From a virus (taxonomy: Duplodnaviria > Caudoviricetes), in the IMG/VR virus record IMGVR_UViG_3300020438_000040, positions 1-58,868 of that record: a stretch of 58,868 nt of DNA. One strand, 5' to 3'. The notes beneath the pieces were generated by a model, which ran no database searches, was not told the origin of the DNA, and worked only from the letters and a program-made list of their open reading frames with translations. The position numbers and the translations under genes are program-made. Below, one piece after another: positions 1 to 8,240 of this stretch (its first letter is position 1; every line of letters starts with the position of its first letter).

Positions 1-1
1 C

Positions 2-1573
2 TTAGGTCCGATTAGACCAAGAGCCGTTACAGCTATTCACTCTGCATCTGCCGTCCCAACTAATAGCTGGACAGAAATGATCACTACTGCGGTCTATGCC
101 GGAAGTAGCAATAGAGTTATAAATCACACTGAACCTACACACTTTATTGGGTCTATCACATATCCTCGACTTTCTTTAAGAAAAAACGGATCTGATGGAC
201 TAAATCCAAATCCAGCGTTAGCATACTGGGGTGTTCAACCAACTATTTCATCTGGTTCTACAACCGTTGATTCAGATTTAATTGATTATCTTCGACCAAT
301 CAGTAATGCAGAAAAAGCTTATGATTATTCAAAAACAGCTCTGCTTGGAACTGGAAGTACTGGTGACGATGCAACATACGAATATTCCTTTGATTTCTCA
401 CTGGATAATATTGTACTAACTGGATCTAACGGATGGCATCACAGCGGATCTGAGAGCACTAGGGCCAAAGAAGGATCCAGAGTTATGGGAACGTCTTATT
501 CTGCACAGAATGGACATAAAGCCCTTTTGGACAAAGGAGTTTCAAGATTTTATGCTCCGATGCACGGTGGATTTGACGGACTTGATATCTTAGAACAAGA
601 GCCACTTGGAAATCACAAAATCAGTTCTAGTGATACTGGTGCATCAAATTATGTAGTATACACTCTTCATAAAGCTCTGAACGCAGTCGCTGATGCAGAA
701 GTTGTTCCCGCCAATCTTCTTTTGGCTCCCGGACAACAAAAGCCAGTTATCACAGATCAAATTGTTAGAACTGCTCAAAACCGACAAGATCTTTTAGCTA
801 TTATCGACCTTGAAAACGATTACAGCCCAGCAACTGAAGCAACAGCTTCCAGTGCAGGAGATGTTGCATCTGCTTTGAGTTCTTACAATAACAGAACAAA
901 TATCAATTCAAGTTACGGATGTACTTATTATCCTGCAGTACAAATCGCTGATACAAACAGCGGTCAATACGTGTGGGTTCCATCATCTGTTGCTGGACTT
1001 GGAGCTATGGCTCAATCTCAAAAGGCGTCAGAACTTTGGTTCGCTCCTGCTGGATTTAACCGTGGTGGGCTTGGAGCACTCGGAGGCCCTCGAGGTCCAG
1101 TTGTTATCCAAGCGAGACAAAGACTAGATTCCTCTCAGAGAGATGATCTATATGAAGTTAACATTAACCCAATCGCTTCATTCCCGAACGAAGGTGTTGT
1201 TATCTTTGGACAAAAGACTTTATTCACACCTGCCGGCGGCGGAACATCTGCTCTTGATAGAATTAACGTTCGTCGATTGATGATCTTCCTTAAGAAAGAA
1301 ATTTCTGATATTGCTAAAACTTTCTTGTTCGAGCAAAATAACTCAACTACCAGAGGCCAGTTAAGCTTCCAGATAACAAGTATCTTAAGTAGCGTTGCTT
1401 CAAGGTTTGGTCTTTCAGGGTACAGATGCGTAATTGATGAATCAAACAATACCGCAGATGATATTGATAATAACCGATTGAATGTTTCAATCTTTGTAAA
1501 GCCAACTCGTGCTATCGAATTTATCGCGATCGACTTTATTATTCAACGCTCTGGTGTGGAATTTGCAGAGTAA
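2..1573 (+). CDS. Tail sheath protein (T4 gp18-like), 5'-truncated by the window edge
   Basis: Frame is open from base 2. C-terminal sheath motifs: YYPAVQI, WVPSSVA, WFAPAGFNRG, RDDLYEVNINPIASFP, FGQKTL, ALDRINVRRL, FEQNN, KPTRAIEFIAIDF. Confidence 0.96.
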   Translation, partial: LGPIRPRAVTAIHSASAVPTNSWTEMITTAVYAGSSNRVINHTEPTHFIGSITYPRLSLRKNGSDGLNPNPALAYWGVQPTISSGSTTVDSDLIDYLRPISNAEKAYDYSKTALLGTGSTGDDATYEYSFDFSLDNIVLTGSNGWHHSGSESTRAKEGSRVMGTSYSAQNGHKALLDKGVSRFYAPMHGGFDGLDILEQEPLGNHKISSSDTGASNYVVYTLHKALNAVADAEVVPANLLLAPGQQKPVITDQIVRTAQNRQDLLAIIDLENDYSPATEATASSAGDVASALSSYNNRTNINSSYGCTYYPAVQIADTNSGQYVWVPSSVAGLGAMAQSQKASELWFAPAGFNRGGLGALGGPRGPVVIQARQRLDSSQRDDLYEVNINPIASFPNEGVVIFGQKTLFTPAGGGTSALDRINVRRLMIFLKKEISDIAKTFLFEQNNSTTRGQLSFQITSILSSVASRFGLSGYRCVIDESNNTADDIDNNRLNVSIFVKPTRAIEFIAIDFIIQRSGVEFAE

Positions 1574-1574
1574 A

Positions 1575-1581
1575 CTAATTA
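1575..1581 (+). promoter_or_regulatory. Putative late promoter CTAATTA
   Basis: Recurrent CTA(A/T/G)TTA motif, intergenic, ahead of the tail tube gene. Confidence 0.55.
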
Positions 1582-1604
1582 AATTAAAATAGGAGATATT
1601 TATC

Positions 1605-2177
1605 ATGGCTTTTTGGGCAGCAGCATACAACGGAACAAACGGGAAAGATCCCAAAAGAGGTTTCCGATTTAAAGTGGAAATTGCAGGACTTAACAATAAA
1701 GAAATAGTTTGGTTTGCGAAGAAGGTTGATAAGCCAAACTTTGATATCACTGAATCTAAACACTCGTTCCTAGATAAAGAATACTATTTCCCGGGAAGAG
1801 TTCAATGGCAGACAATTAACTTGACTTTAGTTGATCCTGTTGCGCCAATTGATTGCGTTGAGCAAACCAACAAGATCATTGAAAACTCTGGCTATTCTAT
1901 AGATGAAACTGCTGCTACCCTTTCTTTGAAAACCATGAATAAGCAAAAGGCGACCAAAGCACTTAGTCTCTTTAAAATAACTCAAATTGATGGTGATGGA
2001 AACGATGTTGAAGTTTGGGAACTAAAGAACCCATTTATCAAGAATGTTAAGTACGGTGAATTATCCTATGAAAGTGATGATCTAGTTGAAATTCAATTAG
2101 AAATTAGATACGATTGGGCACAATGTGACGTTAAGACCGCAACAGGTGTTCGATTTGATTCATCTCGCAGTTCTTAG
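1605..2177 (+). CDS. Tail tube protein (gp19-like)
   Basis: Follows the sheath. Motifs DPKRGFRF, KVDKP, YYFPGRVQWQTINLTLVDP, VEVWELKNPFI, YGELSYE, IRYDWA. AGGAG RBS. Confidence 0.9.
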   Translation: MAFWAAAYNGTNGKDPKRGFRFKVEIAGLNNKEIVWFAKKVDKPNFDITESKHSFLDKEYYFPGRVQWQTINLTLVDPVAPIDCVEQTNKIIENSGYSIDETAATLSLKTMNKQKATKALSLFKITQIDGDGNDVEVWELKNPFIKNVKYGELSYESDDLVEIQLEIRYDWAQCDVKTATGVRFDSSRSS

Positions 2178-2189
2178 TAGAGGTTCTAA

Positions 2190-2771
2190 ATGGCTTTTTG
2201 GACCCAATCCTTCGTCAATCCTAAATTAAAAAGCAGGTTCATAGTAGAGATAGGTGACATAAAACTTTTAAATGTTAAAAGTGTTACAAAACCATCTTTT
2301 ACTGTTGAGACAAAAACCTATACTCTTATTAATCATAAGTTTAAGTATCCCGGTTTAGCAAATTGGGAGCCTATAACAATAACATTTGTCGACTCTCATA
2401 TGGGAGGCGTTAATAGTACAGAAAAACTATTAGATCAGATGATTAACGACACGGGATACATGCCCCCAAACCAAAAGAGACACAAATTGGGAGTTGAGCC
2501 CGGGCAATCAACAGTTTCAACTCCAACAAAGGCCAGCAATGCATCCAATACTTTTCATGCTGCATTCACCAATCAGCCCGGAGGATCTTTGGGGGGAACA
2601 ATTAAAATAAAACAATTAAATGCAAACGGAGCTGCTAGAGATACTTGGACACTTCACGGCCCTATACTTAAATCAGTTAAGTTTGGTGACCTATCTTATG
2701 ATAGTGATGACTTAGTAGAATACACTGTTGATATAGAGTATGACTATGCAACTTATACCGGCCCGGGGTAA
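2190..2771 (+). CDS. Second tail tube-like paralog
   Basis: Same MAFW start and same motifs (PK..RF, KP.F, YPG...W, W.L..P, FGDLSYDSDDLVE, YDYA) as 1605..2177. Confidence 0.85.
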   Translation: MAFWTQSFVNPKLKSRFIVEIGDIKLLNVKSVTKPSFTVETKTYTLINHKFKYPGLANWEPITITFVDSHMGGVNSTEKLLDQMINDTGYMPPNQKRHKLGVEPGQSTVSTPTKASNASNTFHAAFTNQPGGSLGGTIKIKQLNANGAARDTWTLHGPILKSVKFGDLSYDSDDLVEYTVDIEYDYATYTGPG

Positions 2772-2809
2772 CTCTTGAGCCGAAAATAAAATAATAACAC
2801 GAGGTAATA

Positions 2810-3670
2810 ATGAGCGTTAGAAATAATCAGGACAGAACAGGTGCTAGGCAATCTGCAGATGCTCCTGCGACAATAGAAGAGGAAGACAAAGCACTTCCAA
2901 ATCCAATGTCTTTTGTAATTCCAACTGAAATGGTTGAATTACCATCAAAGGGACAAGGGTATCCACCCGAACACCCACTATTTAACCAAGAAATGGTTGA
3001 GATTCGTCATATGACGGCAAAAGATGAAGATATCCTTACATCAAGATCGCTTCTTAAAAAAGGCATTGCTCTTGATCGATTGATAGATAATATCTTGGTA
3101 AACAAAAAGGTTAGATCAATGCATCTCCTGTCGGGAGATAGGTCTGCTATTGTTATTGAAGCAAGAAAATATGCTTATGGTAACGAATATAAGACGAAAC
3201 TAACCTGTCCTGCATGCGGAGAGCAGAAGAGATACAAGTACGATCTTAACGACAAAGAGATCCACTACGGTGAAATACCAGAAGATGTTGAGACAAACGA
3301 GAATGGTAATTTTGTAGTCACTCTGCCTGTTAGTAAGTTTAAAATTGAAATTAAACGAATGACTGGGAAAGACGAACAAGATATGATCGTGAACATCAAG
3401 AAGAATTCAAAGGGCAACAACGGTGTTGATACAAACCTGTCCGAACAGTTAAAGGCTATCATGGTATCTGTTAACGGAGACACACGAAGGGCAACCTGCA
3501 ATTACTTTGCAGAGAATATGCTATCATCTGATACAAGAGTTCTTAGAGAAATGTATAGAAAAGTAAACCCAGATGTAAAACTTAATTTTGACTTTGAATG
3601 TCGAGCTTGCGGTCACGAGCAAGTATTGGAGGTTGCGCTTGATGCCGACTTTTTTTGGCCTGACCGATGA
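2810..3670 (+). CDS. Baseplate hub assembly / tail assembly chaperone (T4 gp26-like)
   Basis: VELPSKG, MTAKDEDIL, GDR..I....R..AYG, two CxxC pairs (CPAC, CRAC), C-terminal FFWP. Lies between tube and tape measure. Confidence 0.8.
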   Translation: MSVRNNQDRTGARQSADAPATIEEEDKALPNPMSFVIPTEMVELPSKGQGYPPEHPLFNQEMVEIRHMTAKDEDILTSRSLLKKGIALDRLIDNILVNKKVRSMHLLSGDRSAIVIEARKYAYGNEYKTKLTCPACGEQKRYKYDLNDKEIHYGEIPEDVETNENGNFVVTLPVSKFKIEIKRMTGKDEQDMIVNIKKNSKGNNGVDTNLSEQLKAIMVSVNGDTRRATCNYFAENMLSSDTRVLREMYRKVNPDVKLNFDFECRACGHEQVLEVALDADFFWPDR

Positions 3671-3842
3671 ATACACTGAACAAACATATGAGCAATTCTT
3701 TATTTTAAAACATCATGGTGGCTGGTCATTCTATGAATTGTACAATCTGCCGGTTGGTTTGAGAAATTGGTTCTTTGAGCGAATGCTCGAGGAATTTGAG
3801 AAAGAAAGGAAAGCAGCGGAAAAAGCAAGCAGACGCAGGTGA
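3642..3842 (+). CDS. Small gp51-like baseplate/tail chaperone (possible frameshift extension of the upstream gene)
   Basis: QFFILKHHGGWSFYELYNLPVGLRNWF resembles T4-like gp51. ATG at 3642 has GGAGG 9 nt upstream. Overlaps the upstream ORF across a T7 run. Confidence 0.7.
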   Translation: MPTFFGLTDEYTEQTYEQFFILKHHGGWSFYELYNLPVGLRNWFFERMLEEFEKERKAAEKASRRR

Positions 3843-3861
3843 TACCCTGCGTTTTTGTTTT
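3832..3861 (+). terminator. Rho-independent terminator
   Basis: ACGCAGG-tgatac-CCTGCGT followed by TTTTGTTTT. Confidence 0.7.
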
Positions 3862-3866
3862 CAACA

Positions 3867-3873
3867 CTAATTA
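3867..3873 (+). promoter_or_regulatory. Putative late promoter CTAATTA
   Basis: Same motif, between the terminator and the tape measure RBS. Confidence 0.55.
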
Positions 3874-3895
3874 ATCTTGAAGAGAGGATTTTTGT

Positions 3896-6361
3896 ATGTC
3901 TAATGAAGGTGACGGAACAACAGGTAATGGAACCGTATCAAAGAAAGATACCAAGGCTGCTGTTGGATATAACCTAGCATATCGTGAAAAACTCGAGATG
4001 GAGAAAGAAGCTCTCAATATCGCAATCGAGCGAGCGACTGCTGAGGGAAAGTATGTTGAGGCCTTACAAAAACAGATTGAACTTCAAGGGGTAAAGCGAG
4101 CGCAAATCGGCGAAATGGCTTTGGAAATGAGCAAAATGGCCGATCAGGCAGATAGATTGGCTTTGGCCAATGACCTCGAAGAAGCAGCTAAAGCAGCCGG
4201 TATTGTCGGAGAAGAATTACTTTTCTTAACAACAAACCTCACTTCTGCAGCGATGCGGCTGGGCGACTGGGAAAAAACTTTAGACGATATTTCTGCTTCA
4301 ACTAAAAAAATGAAGTCCTCAACGGATGAAGCCTCGCGTTCCGTTAATAACTTAGAAAACTCAATAGGAGGCCTCGTTGGTGGATTAAACTTAGGTTTGA
4401 CCTCTTCGAATGGATTTGCGTCTAGTATGTTAAGGGTAGGCGCTAACTTAAAGGTTGCTGAAGAAAAAGGAGTTGTTTTTACCAAAGGGATGTTTGCAAT
4501 GGCTATGGCCAAACAAGTCCTGATCGGATTTGCAAACAAACTTGGTAATGAAATAATGTCTCTTGCGGAAAGTTCTTCCAAAGCTGCGGCTGAGATTGCT
4601 AAACTCGGAGGGTCTACCGAAAACACTTTTTATACAGTAACTCAATTAAGTAGAGGGATGTTAGGCTTAGGTGTCTCAATGGAACAGATGGGTAAGATAA
4701 CAGGTACCCTCATGAATGATACCGCAATGCTAGGAGATGAGATTGAGAACTCCGAGATGGGATCAGTAAGACTAGCAGCGAAACTTACAACAGCAGGTGT
4801 GTCCGCCGGTCAACTAACAGACATGATTAACACATTAACTGTTGGGTTTGGTATGGGCTTTGACGAGTCAGTGAAATTTTATGAATCGATTATAGTTGAT
4901 TCAAAGTTGGCTGGGCAAAGTGTAGCAGATTTATCGAAAAACCTTCAACAAGCATCAAACCGTTTGTTGACTAGCGGCACTAGTGCAGCAGAAATGAAAA
5001 GAGAGTTTGAAGGACTTAATATGGTCTCGAGGCAATTAGGTACCGAAATAAGCGACATTCTCAAGTTAACAAATCAGTTTGATAAATTTGCCGATGCAGC
5101 CAAAATCGCCGGACAACTTAATGCACAATACGGTTTACAATTGAGCATGACCAAATTACAAAACATGGAGTCCCAAGAAAGACTGGAGTACTTGAGACAA
5201 TCTTTCCTTGCTCAAGGTATAGAGGTTAGAAATCTTTCTAGAAGCAATAAGTTGTTCCTACAAAATGTTACGGGCATATCAGACATGAACACAATGATGA
5301 AGATGCTGGGTACAACAAGGAACCAAGAGAAAGACTCGGTCGGATCATTAAACGAATTATTAAGCAAACAAATGGATGCATTTACAAAACTAAAGGCTGC
5401 GATGGCTGAAATGGCTTTAGTTCTTGAACCACTGATATGGTTTGTCACTTGGCTCACAGAGGCTTTAGCATGGTTTTTCGGTGGGATTGCAGAGGGCATT
5501 AACAACTTGAGAGCATCTCAAAATACGTTTGCTTGGCTTGCGGGATGGACACTATCCGCTATTGCAATGTTTGGTGCTTTAGCGATTGCTACTGTTGCAT
5601 TGGGCGGCTCACTTTTTACAATGGCGAAAGTTGTCCCCGCAGCCGGAGCAAAGATTGGCGCTGGGATGACTTCTTTTGCAACAGCAGCACAGGGATTTTT
5701 TACTGTGATGAATACGGCTAATATGATAAAACTTGGAGCAATCGTAGCTATTTTCGCGATTGGTTTTGGAATTGCAGCGCTTGGTTTGAGTAAACTTGCC
5801 GAGGCCATGAAAGGAATGTCTGGTGAGGTCGCTACGGCGTTTGTAATATCTATAGGGGTTATGGGCCTTGCAATGATAGGGTTTGCTCTCGCAATGGCGT
5901 ATGCAGCGCCTATATTGGCTACTGCTCTCGTTGGAGTAATGGCTTTTGCTGTTGGGTTTGCTATAGCCGGTGGAGCAATGGCGGTGGTCTTAAACAGCGC
6001 CGCAGGGCTTGCTCAAGAATTAGGTAATATGGCCGAAGGTAGTTTTGGAACTTTGGTAGATGGACTTGTGACCCTCACACAGATGAGAAGTCCATTAGCG
6101 GATTTAAAAGCAGACCTAGAGTCCCTGAACAGTTTAGCAAACAATATTGACGGTATGGTTATTATGCAGTCCACTGGAGAGAGTAGGACTGTTATGATGG
6201 CTTCCGAGAACATCATCAAAGGAAAAACAGAAGGCTCTCTTGACGTTAATGTAAAAATTACAATGGACGACAAGATCAATGTTGCAAATCAAGTAAAAGT
6301 GTACTTGGATAGTAAAGAACTTACAGATGCAGTTGTTCGAAATATAGACGAGGGAGCATAA
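3896..6361 (+). CDS. Tape measure protein
   Basis: 821 aa, Ala/Gly/Met/Leu-rich and helical, with hydrophobic segments in the C-terminal third. Canonical position after the chaperone pair. Confidence 0.85.
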   Translation: MSNEGDGTTGNGTVSKKDTKAAVGYNLAYREKLEMEKEALNIAIERATAEGKYVEALQKQIELQGVKRAQIGEMALEMSKMADQADRLALANDLEEAAKAAGIVGEELLFLTTNLTSAAMRLGDWEKTLDDISASTKKMKSSTDEASRSVNNLENSIGGLVGGLNLGLTSSNGFASSMLRVGANLKVAEEKGVVFTKGMFAMAMAKQVLIGFANKLGNEIMSLAESSSKAAAEIAKLGGSTENTFYTVTQLSRGMLGLGVSMEQMGKITGTLMNDTAMLGDEIENSEMGSVRLAAKLTTAGVSAGQLTDMINTLTVGFGMGFDESVKFYESIIVDSKLAGQSVADLSKNLQQASNRLLTSGTSAAEMKREFEGLNMVSRQLGTEISDILKLTNQFDKFADAAKIAGQLNAQYGLQLSMTKLQNMESQERLEYLRQSFLAQGIEVRNLSRSNKLFLQNVTGISDMNTMMKMLGTTRNQEKDSVGSLNELLSKQMDAFTKLKAAMAEMALVLEPLIWFVTWLTEALAWFFGGIAEGINNLRASQNTFAWLAGWTLSAIAMFGALAIATVALGGSLFTMAKVVPAAGAKIGAGMTSFATAAQGFFTVMNTANMIKLGAIVAIFAIGFGIAALGLSKLAEAMKGMSGEVATAFVISIGVMGLAMIGFALAMAYAAPILATALVGVMAFAVGFAIAGGAMAVVLNSAAGLAQELGNMAEGSFGTLVDGLVTLTQMRSPLADLKADLESLNSLANNIDGMVIMQSTGESRTVMMASENIIKGKTEGSLDVNVKITMDDKINVANQVKVYLDSKELTDAVVRNIDEGA

Positions 6362-6364
6362 TAA

Positions 6365-7096
6365 GTGACTCTTTATAATAGAAAAAAGACCGGACGAGTA
6401 GGCGGTACAGCAAGTTATGACGATAATGAAAGAAAAGGAGTACAAAGGATTGATCTAGGTAACCCTGTTGAGACAAACTATGCTACCGAGACCAACAGTA
6501 TAATTTACATAATGGACAGTCAGACTTATAACTTTGTTGCATTCAAGACCTTCTTAAAATCTTTTAAATTAAATATAAAGCCGACAGTTGACTTAGACCA
6601 ATCATTATATATTCTGGATCCTTATGTTAGCCGAGGGCAATCGACATTTACTTATTCTATATCCTTGGATGTTCCTGCTAGTAGCCCCAAAGAAGCAGAA
6701 TCAAATTTAGCAAAGATGCAAGATTTATTTAGATTTGTTGGGACAGTAGGTAACCGAACTTTACCACAAAGTGGTTTAGGAACAAAAGGGTTTGATAGGG
6801 TAGAGAACTTCACAGTGTACTTTGCAAACTTGATTAATCAAGGAACTTCTCGCTCCGCAGTTGATTTTCCCTTTGGATCAACAGCGCCTCACAAAGAAAT
6901 AGAGGATAACGGAATCAACTGTATAATAAAGAAAGTGGAATACAATCCCAGCATTGATACTGGGTTTTTTGAGTCCGGAGACCCAACTAACACCAAATAT
7001 CTTCCAAAACACTATACTTTGGACTTGGATCTGCTTATGCTCGACTCTCATGATAAACTTGGCCCATATTGGCCTTTCTCAGTGGGGATTAGATAA
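6365..7096 (+). CDS. Baseplate/tube-initiator-like structural protein
   Basis: Follows the tape measure. Shares pattern (FK.F...F, ..VP......A..N..K...L.RF, .F.N.I, GFFE, .PK...L.L) with the next ORF. Confidence 0.55.
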   Translation: MTLYNRKKTGRVGGTASYDDNERKGVQRIDLGNPVETNYATETNSIIYIMDSQTYNFVAFKTFLKSFKLNIKPTVDLDQSLYILDPYVSRGQSTFTYSISLDVPASSPKEAESNLAKMQDLFRFVGTVGNRTLPQSGLGTKGFDRVENFTVYFANLINQGTSRSAVDFPFGSTAPHKEIEDNGINCIIKKVEYNPSIDTGFFESGDPTNTKYLPKHYTLDLDLLMLDSHDKLGPYWPFSVGIR

Positions 7097-7896
7097 TGAG
7101 TAAATTCCCAGCAACAGGAAAATTCGCAGCCGATGGACAGATAGATTTAGGTTTCAACGGAACAACTTTTCTAGCGAAAAATAAAAATGCATACATTTCT
7201 ATCGCTATGCCAAGATTAACCGGAGATTGGATATCCAAAGGGTTCTTAAGGTTCAAGGCTTTTGTTACAAACTTCTCTAGATCGTCTGAGACAGAATACA
7301 CTGAAGATACTTTTGCTGTCGCTCAGTCTCCTCGAGCAATTAAGGGCCCAATAACAAACCAAATCAATTTACAGTTTGAGGTTCCGTCACAAACATACAA
7401 TGAAGCAAGAGTTAACTTTACAAAGATTAATTCCTTGTGTAGATTTTTCTTGAACAGTCGGAAGAAATACAATACAACCGACAAGAAATGGGAGGACACG
7501 CACGATATGAAAAAGTTCACTCATAACCCTGATTATTTTACAACTTATATATTGTTTTCCAATTTTATACATAACATTGAATATGGAATCGCTGAAGATT
7601 TTAATGCTGAAACATACGATGAGGTTGTGGAGCGTGGACAAAAATCGATAATAACTGATTTTTCATTTGAATTTGATGTTGAGGGCGGCTTCTTTGAAGG
7701 AGACTCACAGGTCTCTTCTCTTGATGAAGGCAAGTTGTTCCCAAAAAATCTAAAAGTAAGTTTATCAATAACCCCAATAGTAGAGCAATTATATGTCGGG
7801 ACTAACAAAATAACCCCTTTTTCAGGCTATAACGTCGGAGATGCGCCTGTAAGTTATCCATTTGGAATTGATTACAGAAAGAGGAAATTAAGATGA
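7096..7896 (+). CDS. Baseplate/tube-initiator-like structural protein, paralog of 6365..7096
   Basis: FKAFVTNF, FEVPSQTYNEARVNFTKINSLCRF, LFSNFI, GFFEG, FPKNLKVSL. Confidence 0.55.
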   Translation: MSKFPATGKFAADGQIDLGFNGTTFLAKNKNAYISIAMPRLTGDWISKGFLRFKAFVTNFSRSSETEYTEDTFAVAQSPRAIKGPITNQINLQFEVPSQTYNEARVNFTKINSLCRFFLNSRKKYNTTDKKWEDTHDMKKFTHNPDYFTTYILFSNFIHNIEYGIAEDFNAETYDEVVERGQKSIITDFSFEFDVEGGFFEGDSQVSSLDEGKLFPKNLKVSLSITPIVEQLYVGTNKITPFSGYNVGDAPVSYPFGIDYRKRKLR

Positions 7897-8240
7897 GCAG
7901 AAACAAGAACAGAAAAACTAAGTCAATAAGTAAATCTCAATATTCTGAGTTGCTTAAAAGCAGAGGTTTGACGTCTGCTGAGATACTTACGGATCCCTTT
8001 ATTGGCTATCCCCCACAAGATGAAAGAAGGAAGATGACCTACGAAGAGCATTACTGGTCTACTGGAGACAATTACTTTAAATTGGCTACCAAATATTATG
8101 GTGATCGCAAAGATTGGTGGGTAATTGCTCGGTTTAATGGAAAGCCTACCGACGCAGATGTTGCGATTGGTGATCGTCTAGTTATACCTTTTCCTTTAGA
8201 TATTGCTAAGGATTACATGGGGTACTTCAATGACTACTAA
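7893..8240 (+). CDS. LysM-like baseplate wedge protein (gp53/tail X-like)
   Basis: HYWSTGDNYFKLATKYYGDRKDWWVIARFN...IGDRLVIP is a LysM-type pattern typical of contractile tails. Confidence 0.8.
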   Translation: MSRNKNRKTKSISKSQYSELLKSRGLTSAEILTDPFIGYPPQDERRKMTYEEHYWSTGDNYFKLATKYYGDRKDWWVIARFNGKPTDADVAIGDRLVIPFPLDIAKDYMGYFNDY

